From the NCBI GenBank assembly GCA_010909165.1, contig MU008175.1:797370-861369 (forward strand): 64,000 bases of DNA. Direction: 5' to 3'. The position numbers and the translations under genes were made by a program. The DNA comes from Anthoceros angustus (lineage: Eukaryota > Plantae > Anthocerotophyta). Shown here in pieces: positions 47,901 to 61,071 of this stretch (position 1 is the first letter of the stretch; each line of letters begins with the position of its first letter). Under the pieces are notes generated by a model, which had not been told where the DNA came from, did not search any database, and saw nothing but the letters and a program-made list of their open reading frames with translations.

Positions 47901-50900
47901 CGGCACAGATTATTGGGCAGCTTCTCTTGGCAGGAAGTGGGGTTAGCAGGAGGGTGAAGCTGTTAAATGACTTGGCACAGCGGAAAAGTTTTGGACACGG
48001 CTCTGCAAATGGGCGGGCCAGTGGTGATGAGGTTATAGGTGCAGCTACTGATATGTATGAGCTGATGGATGTTATGGAGCCCGGAAGCCAGAGAGAGGAA
48101 CCGCTGGTGATTAAGACCTTGCTTCTTCTTTTACCAGTGGACCTGCTGTCCACCCTTACACGGGATCCGTCTGAAGCATGTGCTATGTACGATAAGAACT
48201 ATCTCTCACCTAGGCTAGTGTGGGATGATAATACAAGGGATCAGGTAAAGGCCACTCTTGAAAAGGAAGCAATGAAAACGGCTTTCCTGCAGAAGGGTTT
48301 GCTTGGCATACCATCCTGGTCGCTGGTACGAAAACGGCCCGTGTTTCTGCGGTGGGTGCTTGTTACAGTTTCTGATGATGATCAGAGACCACTGTTTCAG
48401 GATGAGGAGGAAGAGGGCTATGCTCGCGAACTGTACCTGGGGGGGTTTTATGTTGACCAGTTTCTGCGAAACCCTCAGTATGATTTTGGAACAGTTCTTG
48501 AGGATCGCTTCATGCGGGAGATCCGGAAAGCAGTGGTCATTGGAGTCCCCACTGATGGAATACACTCTGATGAATTTGATCTTGATGACCGGAGGCGACT
48601 ATTGCTTGTTCTGCTCCTGCTGTTTAAGGGCCGCCCGGCATTGTTATCTGGCTACTCTTCAAACATTGATATATTTTTACCTCTTCAGGATTTCATCAGC
48701 GGGGTCCCTGGGACTGAGAGAAGAGCACTTGCTCAACCTGCGATGCTTTTGTTTCATTGCACAGCGAAACACAAAGATATTGTAGACTGTGTAATTTCGG
48801 AGGAGCTGATCTATACCCTCTCATCCTTCTTGAGTTTACATGTACCGCAATCAGATGCAGGGAATGCAGGCACGGATCCAAGACTATGCAGTTTAATGTT
48901 ACTCCTCCGGCTGATGCGACTTAGCCATAAGACGGTGGAGATGGCTTTCAAATTGGGTCTCGTTTCCAAAATAGCAGATTTTGTTTTGGATATTGATGGG
49001 TCGGTTGTACTGAGACAAAGAGCAGCAGAGTGTTTGGCTATAATGTGTTCTGACAAGCGACGCGGACAAGAAGTCAGCAAGCTCCTGGATAAGCTCATAC
49101 CAGAGAATGCCAAGGGGTATGGAGCTTGGAACATTCCAACCTCCAACATTCGCGACGACGTGATCGATGCCAAAACTCTCAAACACTTTCTGCAACACAG
49201 GTACCCCTCGGGGTGGTGGGTTCTTGATACTCCTGAAGGAACAAATGAAACTGATGCAGACCCAAGTGGTCCTGTGACAATTGTGGAAGCAACTGTCACA
49301 TTTCCCAAGGCAAAGATGTCTGATTTCAATGACGAAGCAGAAGGCGTATTCAGACGTAGCATTGCAACTTTGGCTCGGGTTGAAATGAGAGATGTACACA
49401 TACTCCGGAAGCGGACGGGGAGCATTATTATAGACTTTGAGGTCTATTTCCAGAGAAGCAAGCATGAGCACGGGAAGATCAGGGAACCTGAAATGGATGC
49501 TCGTGCCTTCAAAGAGAAGCTTGAAAGTGACAGCAATCAAGTGTTTGGGGCCAAGTTTTTTGAGCCTATGGGCGTTCCCATGGTGACAGCTATTGCTCTA
49601 AAGCTTATCCCTCACCTCGCCAGGGGAAGGAGTTGGAGAAAGAACACAGTATTAACACCAGAAAAATCCACTCCAACTGTACAGATTGTCTACATGACTG
49701 GCGGTCAAACTCCCCCAACGCTTGCTAGGAACGGCTCGGAGAAAGATGTCAATGTGATCTACGTGCAGGGCACACAGACACCTGAAGAGCTGCTTCGTGC
49801 GTCAGGAGTGGAGCTCGGAGACAGAGCTAACTTTGTGCTGCAGCAGCAGCCTCAGTTTGTCTATCAGCTGCCCCCAGGTGCAGGAGGGACCGGTCAAGCT
49901 CAGGTTGTGTACCGCCCACCTTCAGGGTTCGTACCTGCTCCCCAGCAAACGCCTGTCTTCATCCAGTCTCCTCAATTCTCAGCGTTAGAAGGACAGGTTC
50001 CAGTTCAAGCTCCTTCCTTGGTGTCAGTCTCATCATTTAAATCAGCTGATCAGATTCCGTCTGTTGTTAGATCTCTCTCTTTCATCTCGTCACAGGTTAC
50101 GGTGGAAGATCGTGAGCATCCAGAACCTTCCCGATCACTGTCAGACATGCTTGCTGTCCCCTCCCTAACTATGCAGTCTTCCTCCAATCAAGCATCTCCT
50201 GTTTCCCTTCCTAACTCTGATGCTTCTAGTTTAGCTTCTCTTTCTGGATCAGCAAGAAATTTGGGAGTGTCAGAGTTTGAGGAGCGGCCATCCTTTTCAC
50301 CGTCACTGGCTCCAGGGTACATTTCCTCACCTGGAAGCAGGCCAACCAGTAGCTCCTCTCCGCCGCCAGCACCATCACAATCAACACCACCCCCCCCGCC
50401 ACCACCCCATCCACCCCTTACTGCAAATGGGCTCTCTCGAGCACCTATTGCCCCTCCACCTCCACCACCTCCTCCCATATCTGGTTTAATGACCAAAGGA
50501 GGTCCTCCACCTCCACCACCTCCTCCAGTGATGGGTCTGGGACTTCAGCAGTCTCCAAGCTCAGTCACGAAGCCAGTACCTAGTATCTCGGCTAAGCCAA
50601 CAGCTGAGGCAGCACCCCTTCCACTTTCACCTGCTCAGGCAACGCCCGCTGGTGAGTCCAGGTTGCAGACGTATGACGCGTGACATGATCCATTTGGTCT
50701 GCGGCGGAGTGCCTTTCATTGATCGCCTTGGTTATCCTGTGTGACTGAGCTCCTGGGTGTGCAAGGACGATGCTCAGAGCCGTAACATCTTTTCCTGTTT
50801 TTGTCAGCAGGGCAAGGGACTATGAGTGATTTCATGGTTAGAACTGAAGAAGGAAGGTGTGACCTGGCTTGCTCTCCCATGTGTCTTCGCCTCAGATTGC

Positions 50901-52027
50901 TTTGAACAAGAGAGTTGTTCTCTTAAGGTTGGTCGACTGACCTTGTCCCTTGTTGTAACAGGACAGTACTTCTTGGGGAAGGACTCCAGCTTGTTCTTGA
51001 AGGTGCTGATATCAGTGCAACCAACCGAGGAATTGCGACGAACAACTTCCTGGAGGCATTTGTGGAAGGTAAGTTGTCTCCCCAACCTGAAATGCACTGT
51101 CCTGAACATTTGTTGTCACACTAGTACCTCATCAAAATAGGTGTTGTGCGTCACCACATGCTTGGCAAGAGTGACCCATTATGCGATCGGCCTATGTTGC
51201 AGAGTTTCTAACTTACATATGATGTGATGAACAGAACCGGAAGAACTAGGCAGGATGATAGAGAAGTATCCGAAATTGATGCAAAAGTATCCTCTAAAGC
51301 CGCAGCTGTGCTATGATCTGATGATGGCGTGGGAAGAAAATTGTCTAGACCTTTTGACGAAGGAGGAGTGGGTAAGATTTTGTTGATAGTATTCCGTTGA
51401 CAGTGTTATACCAATGTTTGCGTTGTTGTTGAAATCTCTTCAAATGTGCATGTAGTAAGACTTGGCCTTTCCATGATGCGTGCAGGCAAAGCATGGCCGG
51501 TCGATTGTTGCCTTTGATCTTTGTCGTCTAGATGACCCAGAAGGAGCAATTGAGGAAGCTAAGAAGAAGTTTGCAGCCATTCTTAAAGTTCGAAAGTATG
51601 TCAAGATGCATTCATTAGATTTCGCACATCCACAGTGTCCACCCTAAAGCATGCAAGGACGGTGGCTGGAGCGGTGGCTATCTATATGGTCTCACCTGAG
51701 ATTCGTGCTTGTGGTTTCTGTTGTGTCAATCCAGAGAGAGGGAGTGGAAGGAAAGGTCTAAGCAGATCAAGGGCGACATGTCCGCTGAGCTTTCAAAAGC
51801 TGTGAGTGGCAGGAAGGTGAGTTCACCAAACACTACTTTGGTCAGTGGACTCTTGCGAACAGATTTAATATGGTTGTAAGAGTGCTTGTGCCTGTGAGCA
51901 GGAGAAGATCAACGTTGAGATTGCGCAAGATGAGTTGAAGACCATGTCGAAGGGCAAGATCAAACTCAAGAGTAAGAAGTCACAGTCAAACCTTGAGAGT
52001 TTGACGGATCCGAGCCGGTCCTCCTAG
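38983..52027 (+). CDS. Divergent RME-8/DNAJC13 (GRV2)-like giant protein with no J domain and with C-terminal SEA-like, polyproline and unassigned domains
   Basis: PH-like N-terminal region and four IWN-type repeats (PVLVWND ~43040, PEVIWNLEMR ~45335, PMAIWTGEVR ~47065, PRLVWDD ~48215). Also PPLAYTELE...FYLQNLLD..RFP...I.DPV.FL and ELYLGGFYVDQFLRNP. A 3.9-kb exon, then spliced exons to TAG 52025-52027. The start codon is tentative. Confidence 0.8.
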
Positions 52028-52912
52028 TCCCCTTTCTTCCATTTTGTTCTCTGATTTATCCTCCGTAGGTTTGAGGCCCCAGAATTCATGGGCTGGCGTG
52101 TACATGAGGTTTTTCGTATTTGGTAGCACGATTGAGCACTAGAGAAGTGTTCAGCCATTTTTTTAACATAGGACAGTGTACAACAAAATTAGAATTCAAG
52201 TAGATACGTGTTGCGAGCTATTGCTGCCCTGTAAGGTGGTCCAGCAGTCTGTATGTAGTCGCCTGGCTGGATATTATTAGGTTGGTATTGATCAGTGTGA
52301 GACCAATAAGTGCCATGAGCCAACGTCCAATTCAGTTGTACCATTTCTCCCCACAATTTTGGATCGAGTTGGATGACTCTTATATGCTTCCTTCCAACCA
52401 AACGTGGTCTACGCACCTTCACTTTCGTGTGACGTTCTCAAACATGATCGAGCCAAGCAAGCAAAGCAAACATCTCCAGCTTTTTTAGCAAGCATGTCAA
52501 GCCTCCGTATTCACATGGATTGTTTCGTGAACGGCACGTGGTGCATCAGTCGATAATGTAATATTATAATACTACATATACATCTGGATTGCGTGGTGCA
52601 ATTCATGTGACTGCATTACACCTGACCTGGGACAGTCTTGCAGGTACATACCTCCAACCTTCAAAATATCTGCTTAGAGCGCGTGTCTGCCTACGTCGGA
52701 GAGGCAGGAGCGTCTCCCCGATAGATCAACAATGCGGTCCGAAGAAGTTGGCATAGCTTAATGTGTCAAAGATGGAAGATGGAAAGGATCAATTTTGGAA
52801 CGAAAAAAACTCCCGATAAACGTCTCTCGTCGAATTCCCTGCAGCTGAGGACTCGGAAGAGGGGGCGGGGATAGGGGGTGAGGAATGGGTTTTCCTAAAT
52901 TTCATACACAAA

Positions 52913-53358
52913 GTGAAATCGATGGGAACTGGGAACACTGGAGATTCCGGGGATGGGTCCACTTCCAATGAAGTAAGCTCTCCTGCAAGGTAGTGACCTT
53001 CCAGGCCAAATCAGTCATGGTCTGCAGATGGGCTGAAAAGCAGGACTAGGTCGGCTGTCAAATCCGATGACGTTAGAACAGCGGTAGCTTAACCGTGAAG
53101 GTCAAAACAAAGCCTGTGGTGTCCATGTCACCCAAATTCTCTGTATCTCCGATGGTGGGAGACATGAGAACGATTAGTTGGAATTGTGTGAAATCGTAAA
53201 AGCAGGGCAGGGAACCCAATCTAAGCTTCCTGCTTCCAGTCCACTTCAGATGGGTGGATGGCCAAATGTCTCCTCAACCTCCCAGGACGATCAATCATGC
53301 AGGGTGCAGATAGATGACGCCGGAAAGCGAGAATAGGTTGGCTGTCAAATCCGATGAT
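52913..53358. repeat. Two diverged ~160-170 nt tandem units with conserved blocks (candidate structured RNA or enhancer)
   Basis: Units 52913-53071 and 53188-53358 share GTGAAATCG, GTCCACTTC, ACCTYCCAGG, ATCARTCATG, TGCAGAT and TAGGTYGGCTGTCAAATCCGATGA. Confidence 0.7.
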
Positions 53359-54179
53359 GAGTCAAGCGACAGACCAGGTCAATCGAGAGACTAGGTCAAG
53401 GGACGGCAAGGTCAAGAGCAGGTGTCTGCAGTTGCAGCAGGGTCCAGGTTGTGGGTTGTGGGTTGTGAGTTGTGTGTGTCATCCTGCTGATCCGGCTCGA
53501 GTTTGCACTCGAAGAATGCACGGAAAGGAGGAGAACTTTATCCCGCCACAATGGGCACCAAGGCAGGAGATCCAGGCTCTAGCAGAGGCTAGCTAACAGA
53601 GGAGTGGCAGCTCCGATCAATGTGTGTGACAGCTTCAATATACGCAGAAGCCATGTGCGTGAAGTGCCCTGCCTCAGATTGCTCCAAGGCAGCAAGGCGA
53701 GAACCAATCCGTCACGGTTCCATCAATAAGTCGCTTGTGAATCGGGTGAAGAAAAGGCGGAAAGTCGGGTGCGATGTGCTACATCCTTCTCCTTCCCGTG
53801 AGTGCTAGGGTGGTGGGTGCGAGGTCTCAGATGTGCACCAACATGTGGCTGCAAACTGCGAGCGTGATCAGAGGCGTCCAGTCGTGTGGGAGGAAGCGGC
53901 CTGTTGAAGTCCATCCATCCCCGTCGGAAAGTAGGCAGGTACCAGCCACAGGCGGTGGCATCTCCAACCGCAGCAGCAGTCATGCTCTGAAAAAGCTGCC
54001 CTCCTCTGCTGCGCTGCTTTTCCAACAACACGCTCTAAATTCTGCCATCCGATTTCCTGCCCTAATTTCTTCCCTTTCCTTTGCTTTCCTTTGCTTTCCT
54101 TCACCTGTCCTTTCCTTCCCTTCTCTTTCCTTTCCTCCGCCATCCTCTTGGCTGCGATTGCGAGAAGAATTGTCCGTCA

Positions 54180-57100
54180 CCGCGGAAGCAGCAGCAGCAG
54201 CAGCAGCGCGCAGCCACCATCTCCATCTCGTCAGCCGTAAACCGGGCGGGGCGGGCGAGAGGCCGCCATAATCAGCGCAGCTGCAGCGCTGCAGCGGCAG
54301 CTGCGGCTGCACGCCATCATCGCCAAAATCTCACACAGTGGCAACAAGGCGCGGGCGGGCGGGGTCGGCGCCTGCCCCGTCGCGGCCCGACCCGGCCCGG
54401 CCCGGCATCCTCGCAACGGAGTGGAGCGCGGGACACGTGTGCTCCACGTCCCGAACCGGAACCAGAACTGGAACCGGAACCCAGAACTGCAGTGCAGTGC
54501 AGTGCAGTGCGGTGCGCTGGCCACCGAGTGCAGCGGCTGCACAAGAGGCCTGGGGACGGCGTTTGAATTTGGCGCCGACCGTACGTACGGCGCGGTATGC
54601 GGTGGCGGGCTACGGCGTGGGCCTGGCACGAAATGATCGTCAAAACGTGCAAGTCGTGCAGAAGTGCAGCGCACAGAGGCGGGCTCTTCTTGTGACGCGT
54701 TTTTTTGCGTCTCGTCTCCCGTCGTCCAGTCAAGGACTCCAGCCCGGTCCAGTCCAAACCGTAACCGCGATTAGATTAACCACAGCTGGTCTGTGCGACG
54801 CTACGCACGGTTGGTTAGGCACTGTTCATGATGCGCGCTTCCTTCCCTTTTTCCTCATGTGGGCATCCCATCATCGCCACAATGATTGTGGGCCCGAAAA
54901 CGCGCTGGCTGGCAATAAGAAAATGCATGAGAAAATGCGAAAGGCGCTGCGCACAGCCTCGTTCACACGCGATGCTGTGCCCGCCAAGACCGAGACGTGA
55001 AAAAAAATATCTGGCGCCGGGCCGGGCTCCGGGCACCGGGCACCGGGCTCCGGGCTCCGGGCTCCGGGCTGCCTTCTCCGGTTTAGTTACGTTACCCTCC
55101 GGCTCCGGCTCCGGGCCTGTTAGCCAGGCGCCACCTGTATTAATCCGGTTCCGGGAGGTTAACTCCCAGGCTCGCCACGCGTCGCCGCCGGGCGGTGAGA
55201 CCGTATAAAACAGGCAGATGGTGGTGGGCGAATGCGAATCCGTTTCCACCAGCCCCGGACCGGATGACCGGCTGGAGGCAGCATGTGCGGTTCTGGCTAG
55301 GGCTGCGTCAGCCGCCAAGTGGGATCATGTGGCTCGCCTGCTTGAGCATCCAGGATCCAGCATCCAGCTGGCCACGTTGCCCCGCCCAACCTGGCCTCTT
55401 TATATGGTAACACTCTAACCGTACTCGGCTCCAACCCGACTCCCGACTGTAACGGGGGGTTAGCTAACCTGGCAGAATTCCCGTTTCGTGTGGCGTGTGC
55501 CGTGTGGCGTGTGGCGTATGGCGTGTGCCCAGGCCCGGACCTCTTCTTGGAAAGGGACGGTTAACGGCCAAATTATTTGTAGCTGCTGGCCTGCGGGCCA
55601 GCCCAGGCGTCCAGGCGTCCAGGCGTCCAGACGTCCAGGCCCAGACGCAATAATTCAACGCCCGGTCGCCCGGTCCGGGTCTGGGTCCCGGTCCCGGTCC
55701 CGGTACGGCGACCGGGCCACCGGGACGGGACGGGGCCCGCGTGGCCCCATTGCTTTGCTTTCCTTTCCCGGGATCCCGTTTTGTGGGCGACTTGAAATTT
55801 GCTGCGCGCGTTGGAGGCGGAATCTGTGGGCGGTGCGGGTCGGGGTCGGGGTCGGGGTCGGGTCGGCCCGAGTCGGGCCGCCCGCATGGAGGAGAAGGAG
55901 AATGCGTGAGGCAAGCAAGATTCCGCCATGTTTTGTGGGTGTGTATGTTTGTTGGAGCGATATGGGACGGAGAGTGCCGATGGACGGCTGCGATGGCGCC
56001 ACCGACCCGGGCGCTGAGCCACCCAGGTCCCAGGTAAATGCACGAACACGAAAAGGGGGGGGAAAATGAGGAATGAGGGGAGCGGAGTGGAGTGGAGTGG
56101 ATATTGGATTGGATATGGGCACCACAGGTGCAAGGAGTCCGAGGGCATGCGTATGGAGAGCAGCATATGCCAGCGTCTGTGGGCTAATTGTTTTGTGGGC
56201 AGTAGCAGGGCAGAGTGTGGTGTGCAGCGGATCCGAGGGAACATGGCCTCGCTGGTGGGTCAGCACGAAACGGGGAGCTCCCGCTGGGGCCTGGTGCTGG
56301 TCCGGGGCCGAGGCCCTTCCCCCTCGGCCCCCCGCCCCCCGGGCCTGGGCGTCCCGTCCCGTCTGACACTTGACTTCCGAGCCACGCACGGATGGATGAT
56401 GGATGATGCCATCCATGGCCATGCCCCTTTTCCTGGCCCATTTTAGTATGTGGAACAGCAAGGCGTGCACAGTGGCCACACAGCGTGCGTACGTGGGTGC
56501 ATGCGAGGAAGCAGGGAAGCTGGCAAGCTAGGAAGCTGGCACCAATGCCATGCGTTTAAACATACACAGTGTGTGGGAGGGAAACGTTGGTGAAGCGGAA
56601 AAGCAGCAAGGGTTTTGAATGGGCGATGGGCAATGGGCAATGGGCAATGGGCGATGGGCGATGGGCGATGGGCAAATGGGCAAATGGGCAAATGGGCAAT
56701 GGGCATTGCGTTGTAGAAATGTTGTGGGAAGAAGGAAAGGAAAGGAAAGGAGAGGAAATGCAAGGCAAGGCAAGGCAAGGCCGGGTGTCTGAAAGCAGAC
56801 AGGGGCCAACCGGAGCGCGCGAAATGATCCCCGCACCCCGAATATGCCAGGGGGCCCGGGGCCCGGGCCAGGGCCAGGGCCAGGCTGGCCACGGCCTGCC
56901 TGGCTTGCCTTGCAAGCTTGCAAGCTTGCAAGCTGGCGTGGCCTGGCGTGGCCTGGCCTGTCTTTCCTGGCCGGTGACGCTCTTTCCGTGCCGGTTCGGC
57001 GTGGTGGGTGTGGTGGTTGCCGCGGCGTGGGGCGTGGGGCGTGGCCCGTGGGACTGGGGCGTGAGTGAGGAATGAATGCCATGCCCGCCTGCCCCGCTGC

Positions 57101-60100
57101 CCCTGCTGCCCCTGCCCGGCTGTCTGCACCTGTCTGACACCAGTTGGACCGGACTGGGCTGGCCCAGCGTCCAGCCTCCAGCCTCCAGCCTTCAGCCTCT
57201 AGCCTCCAGCCTCCAGCCTCCAGCCTCCAGTCTGTTATGAGATGAGAGATGTGATGAAGTCACACATTGCCATGATGCCTGGATTTTTTTCCCTTTTCCA
57301 GCCTGCGTTGCGTTGCTTGCTCGCCAATGGCCATGCCTTTGCCCCCCTTTTTCTTTTGCCTGGCTGGCTGGCTGGAATGCCCGAGAAAGAGCTGCCCGGC
57401 TCCGGCTGCCCGAGAAAGGGGGGTCCAAGTTGCCTTGGCCTTGGCCTTGGCCTTGCGTTAGGTCCGGGCCAGTGGGCGTGATGGATAACTAACTGCGGTT
57501 AGGGTTGGAGTTAGGGCGGGGAGGCGCGCTGGGCTGGGCTGGGCTGGGCTGGGCTGTGATGTGCCCAGAAGAGCGCTGCACTGCACTGCCCTGCACCTGC
57601 GCTGCAGAGAAGAAGGCAGGCCCAGGCCCAGGCCCAGGTCCAGGCGTCCAGGCGTCCAGGCGGGGCAGGCAGGCAAGCTGGCTGGAGCGTGTGCTGGGCC
57701 TGGTCCTGGTCCTGGTCCTCGTCCTGGGCCTGGGCCAGTTGAATCCGCTCATGCCAGCTGCTCCCGCCTCGACAAGGCCTCTCCAAGGCAGCCAACGGGA
57801 GGGGGAGCACCTCCGGTATTATTACGATGCCCCTTTTTTTATTACGCTTTGCCTTCTGGCCTTCTGGTGGGGTCGCAACCAGCTACCTAGCTGGAAAGCT
57901 GCAATAACGGTGTGCTCACTGCTGTGTGTCTCTCACTCCACCTTCATTACACGCTAAACGAAAGCCAACATCCCATTGCCATAATCATATGCCAGGACGT
58001 CTTTGCATGCGTATCTATGTATGTACTGTATACAGCTCATATGGAAATGCATACTTTGCCTTCCTACAACTTCTAAGAGCTTGCCTTGCTTCATCACCCT
58101 TGCCTTGCCTTGCCTTGGCGGACGGACTACCGCCGACCCTTTGGAGTGAGTCCTGACAGATGCAATGAACTTCGACTCTCTCCTGTCCAGTCTTCTCCTT
58201 GTACAACCCTGCAACACCTAACATATCATTAAGGCGATGGCCAAATATCGGTATCGGTGTGAGTGTCGTAATCCGGTTGGTCGAATTGATAATGCGGTAC
58301 TGAGTGGAGCAAGGACGGAGTTTTCTTCCATTTCACGACAAACCACTTGTGCAATTCTTGGTGTGTGGTAGTTGTGAGTTGCAGGTAAGCACACGCATAG
58401 ATGACAGGTGGGCATGTACGCCCATGGTGCTGGATTGGACTCTAGTGGGTGCTAGTGCTAGTGCGAGGTGGTGGATTGGACTCTAGTGGGCGCTAGTGCT
58501 GGTGCTGGTGCGAGTGCGGACTGGACAAGTAAGGAAGGAGGCAGTGCGCTCAGTGGGTCAGAGTGGCAATCGTGGAGGATAAGCACTGTCATATATTATA
58601 TATTCTTCACAGTGACTTGAGTCACTCTGAGTGCGTCAGTGTGTGTCAGGTAAGAGAAGTGGGGCGTGCCTTGTCCTCTTTCGGTGTACATAATTCTGAC
58701 TTGCTCTGGCATCCATTGTACAAATATTTGATAGAGGCAAGCAACTCTTCCCTCCTTGTGTTCAGTCAAGTCATGGTGCAATGTAACCTTACAAGCCACC
58801 TCACCTGTATGTACAAGTCGGTTGGAAGGAGGAACACGACACGCAGCGCCTGGTCCAGCGGGGCTCAGTCGGCCAATGCGCACCACCCATCTTGTGCTTG
58901 TCCCCATCCCTACTGTCATGGGCTCCAAGGCGAGTCACATTAAACTCGGTCAGATTAGATTCGTGTCACCTGGTCGTTCAAAGATCGTATGCCTTGTTTG
59001 TTGCGACAAAACCTTCAATCTCTAGACCTTCAAAACCTCCATTGATACAGTCGTATGTCATCCTCGTAGCTACTGAAACCTTCATAGTAGATTTCATATC
59101 ATGCTCCTAATGACAAAATCTCCATTCTCGTGTGCAGGGTTTAAGGTGTTCTGTACTCTATGTGGGATACGTACATATATGCAATGTATCCAAAGGGTTA
59201 CTTTTGTAGTAATGATACGTGGAAGGGAGAAAATATTGGGAGGGGAAAACAAGTAGAATATAGCAGGGTAGCAGCAAGTAGACAAAACGTTGGCTGGCTT
59301 GCCTGCTGGATGTATCCGAGAAGGGAAGGATAGGAAGCATTCGAATGGGGAGAAGAAGCGTGATGGCGAGGATTTGGGTGGGCCAAAAGACAGAGACAGA
59401 GCGAGCATCATGTGACCAAGTGTGCATGGCTTGCAGCAAGCAAGCAAGCGCACATGCTGCCCTGCTATGCTGCTCGCAGCTCGCAGCTAGTAGCTCGCTC
59501 TTGGCTCTGCCCTTGGAGCGGCATCTCCAGGCCCCCTGGCACGCCCCGTCTATTTTTAACGGCATTCCTACTTCTACTTCCGGGGTGTGGGCGGCCAAGT
59601 GGCGCCTGCGTCGCAGACCCGCCCGGCCCACGTGTCCCGGGCCCACCCGGTCGGCGCCCTGACAGGCCCCGGTTACCCAATCATTTGGTTAGCCTACACG
59701 CCGGGGCCCCGGCCGGGGCCGGGGCCGGGGCCGGGGCCCGGGCCCGGGCCCGGGCCCTGCATCACATACATGCATGCACATATGTACATGGCAGACATGG
59801 CAGTATCGGCACGGGGACCGCCACCATTGACCCCGGTCAACACTTGCCCTTAGATTAACCGCTTCATGTACATAATAAACATAATGTAATGTAACCGCGA
59901 CGCGGTGAAAGGGCGCAGCGAAAGGACCGGTGTGACCGCGGCTTAATGGCGGTGAAAAATCGGTTAAAGTGAGCTGTACAGTGGCTTAATCCGCCCCCTG
60001 CCGGGTGTCCATGGCTGCAGCCATAGCTCGTCAGGCAGCTGGCTTTGCCATAATCCTGTGCCAGGCCTGCGATGAGATGCGGTGGGAGAGGGGTCGACTC

Positions 60101-60880
60101 GTGCTGGGCTGCGCGAAAGCCGCGGCCGATGCGGATCAGCGTTTTATGCCATGGGAGTGATGAGACGACATGCATCGGATGATGAGCGCGGAGGTGGCAG
60201 CGGCAGTGGCTGTGGCAGGCCGGAGTCTGGAGAGAAGAAGAAGATGGTGGAGACGGAAGATGGAAGGAGGAGGCGGAAATGTAATGCGGAGGTGGAGTGA
60301 GGGAAGGGGTTTGTGATTTCTGGCAGGCAGGCACGCAGGCAGGCACGCAGGCAGGCACGCAGGGCAGGCACGCAGGGCAGAGGCCAGAAGGAGCGGCAGC
60401 AGACAGGCAGGCTGGCAGCCATGGCCCATGGCCCAGCCCCTTCTCCTCCTCCTCCTCCTCCTCGTCCGCTGCTGCTGCTGCTGCTGCTGCGTCGTCTCCT
60501 CTCTCTCTCTGTTTTGTGTGTGTCCGGGGAGAAACGCTCTGCTGTCACCTGCTCGCCATCCCTCTCTCCTCTCTCTGCTCTACCCTGTCGCTGGAGCGTT
60601 GTAGTCTTCTGTTGTGGGCTCTGCATCCGGGTGTGTGGGTGTGTGGGTGTGTGAGAGAGAGAGGCCAGCCAAGCTGCAGCAGCCCACAGCTGCTCTCTGG
60701 ACTGGTTGGGTCCGGGTCCAGGTCCAGGACTCCAGGACTCCAGTCTCCGACTCCGACTCCGACCTTGCGCATTTGCCCTTGTTGGCTTGGCTCGCTTCCT
60801 TTCCTTGCTTCCCTTCCCTTCCCTTGCCACCCCTCCCGTTCCCTCCCTCCCTCCCTCCCTTCCTTCCTTCCCTGCTCCTG
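54180..60880. repeat. GC-rich intergenic mosaic of many different short tandem repeats
   Basis: Examples: (TGCAG)n ~54488, (CCGGGCT)n ~55020-55070, (CCAGGCGT)n ~55603, (GGGGTC)n ~55840, (ATGGGCR)n ~56619-56705, (CCTCCAG)n ~57175-57230, (CTGGG)n ~57530, a ~39-bp duplication ~58430-58510, and (CCGGGG/CCGGGC)n ~59700-59757. Confidence 0.85.
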
Positions 60881-61071
60881 CACCTGCTGCGCCTTGCTAG
60901 GCCTTCCTTCTCTCTAGTCTAATGCGCTCTGCGGCAGCGTCGGCATTTGCGACCCACAACGCCCGCGGCTGCTGCCTGCCCCCCTTTCCTCCTCCCGTCC
61001 CGCCCAGAGCAAGCTTTTCTCCTGCGGGAGGCTCCGGTGCCCACCCCGCCTGCTCCCGCGGCACGGCTCTG

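Noticed and set aside
52913-53358. Assignment of the tandem motif as H/ACA or C/D snoRNA, hammerhead or HDV ribozyme
   Set aside because: No correctly placed H/ACA or terminal C/D boxes. CCGATGA lacks a proper stem II/GAAA, and there is no HDV P1-P4 arrangement.
53400-53420. TCTTGACCTTG on the minus strand, resembling tasiR-ARF
   Set aside because: Only 11 nt match and I saw no miR390 sites. It is better explained as one of the W-box repeats.
58530-58550. AGGAAGGAGGCAGTGCG resembling a miR408 site
   Set aside because: Partial match with a bulge, no hairpin and no evident host transcript.
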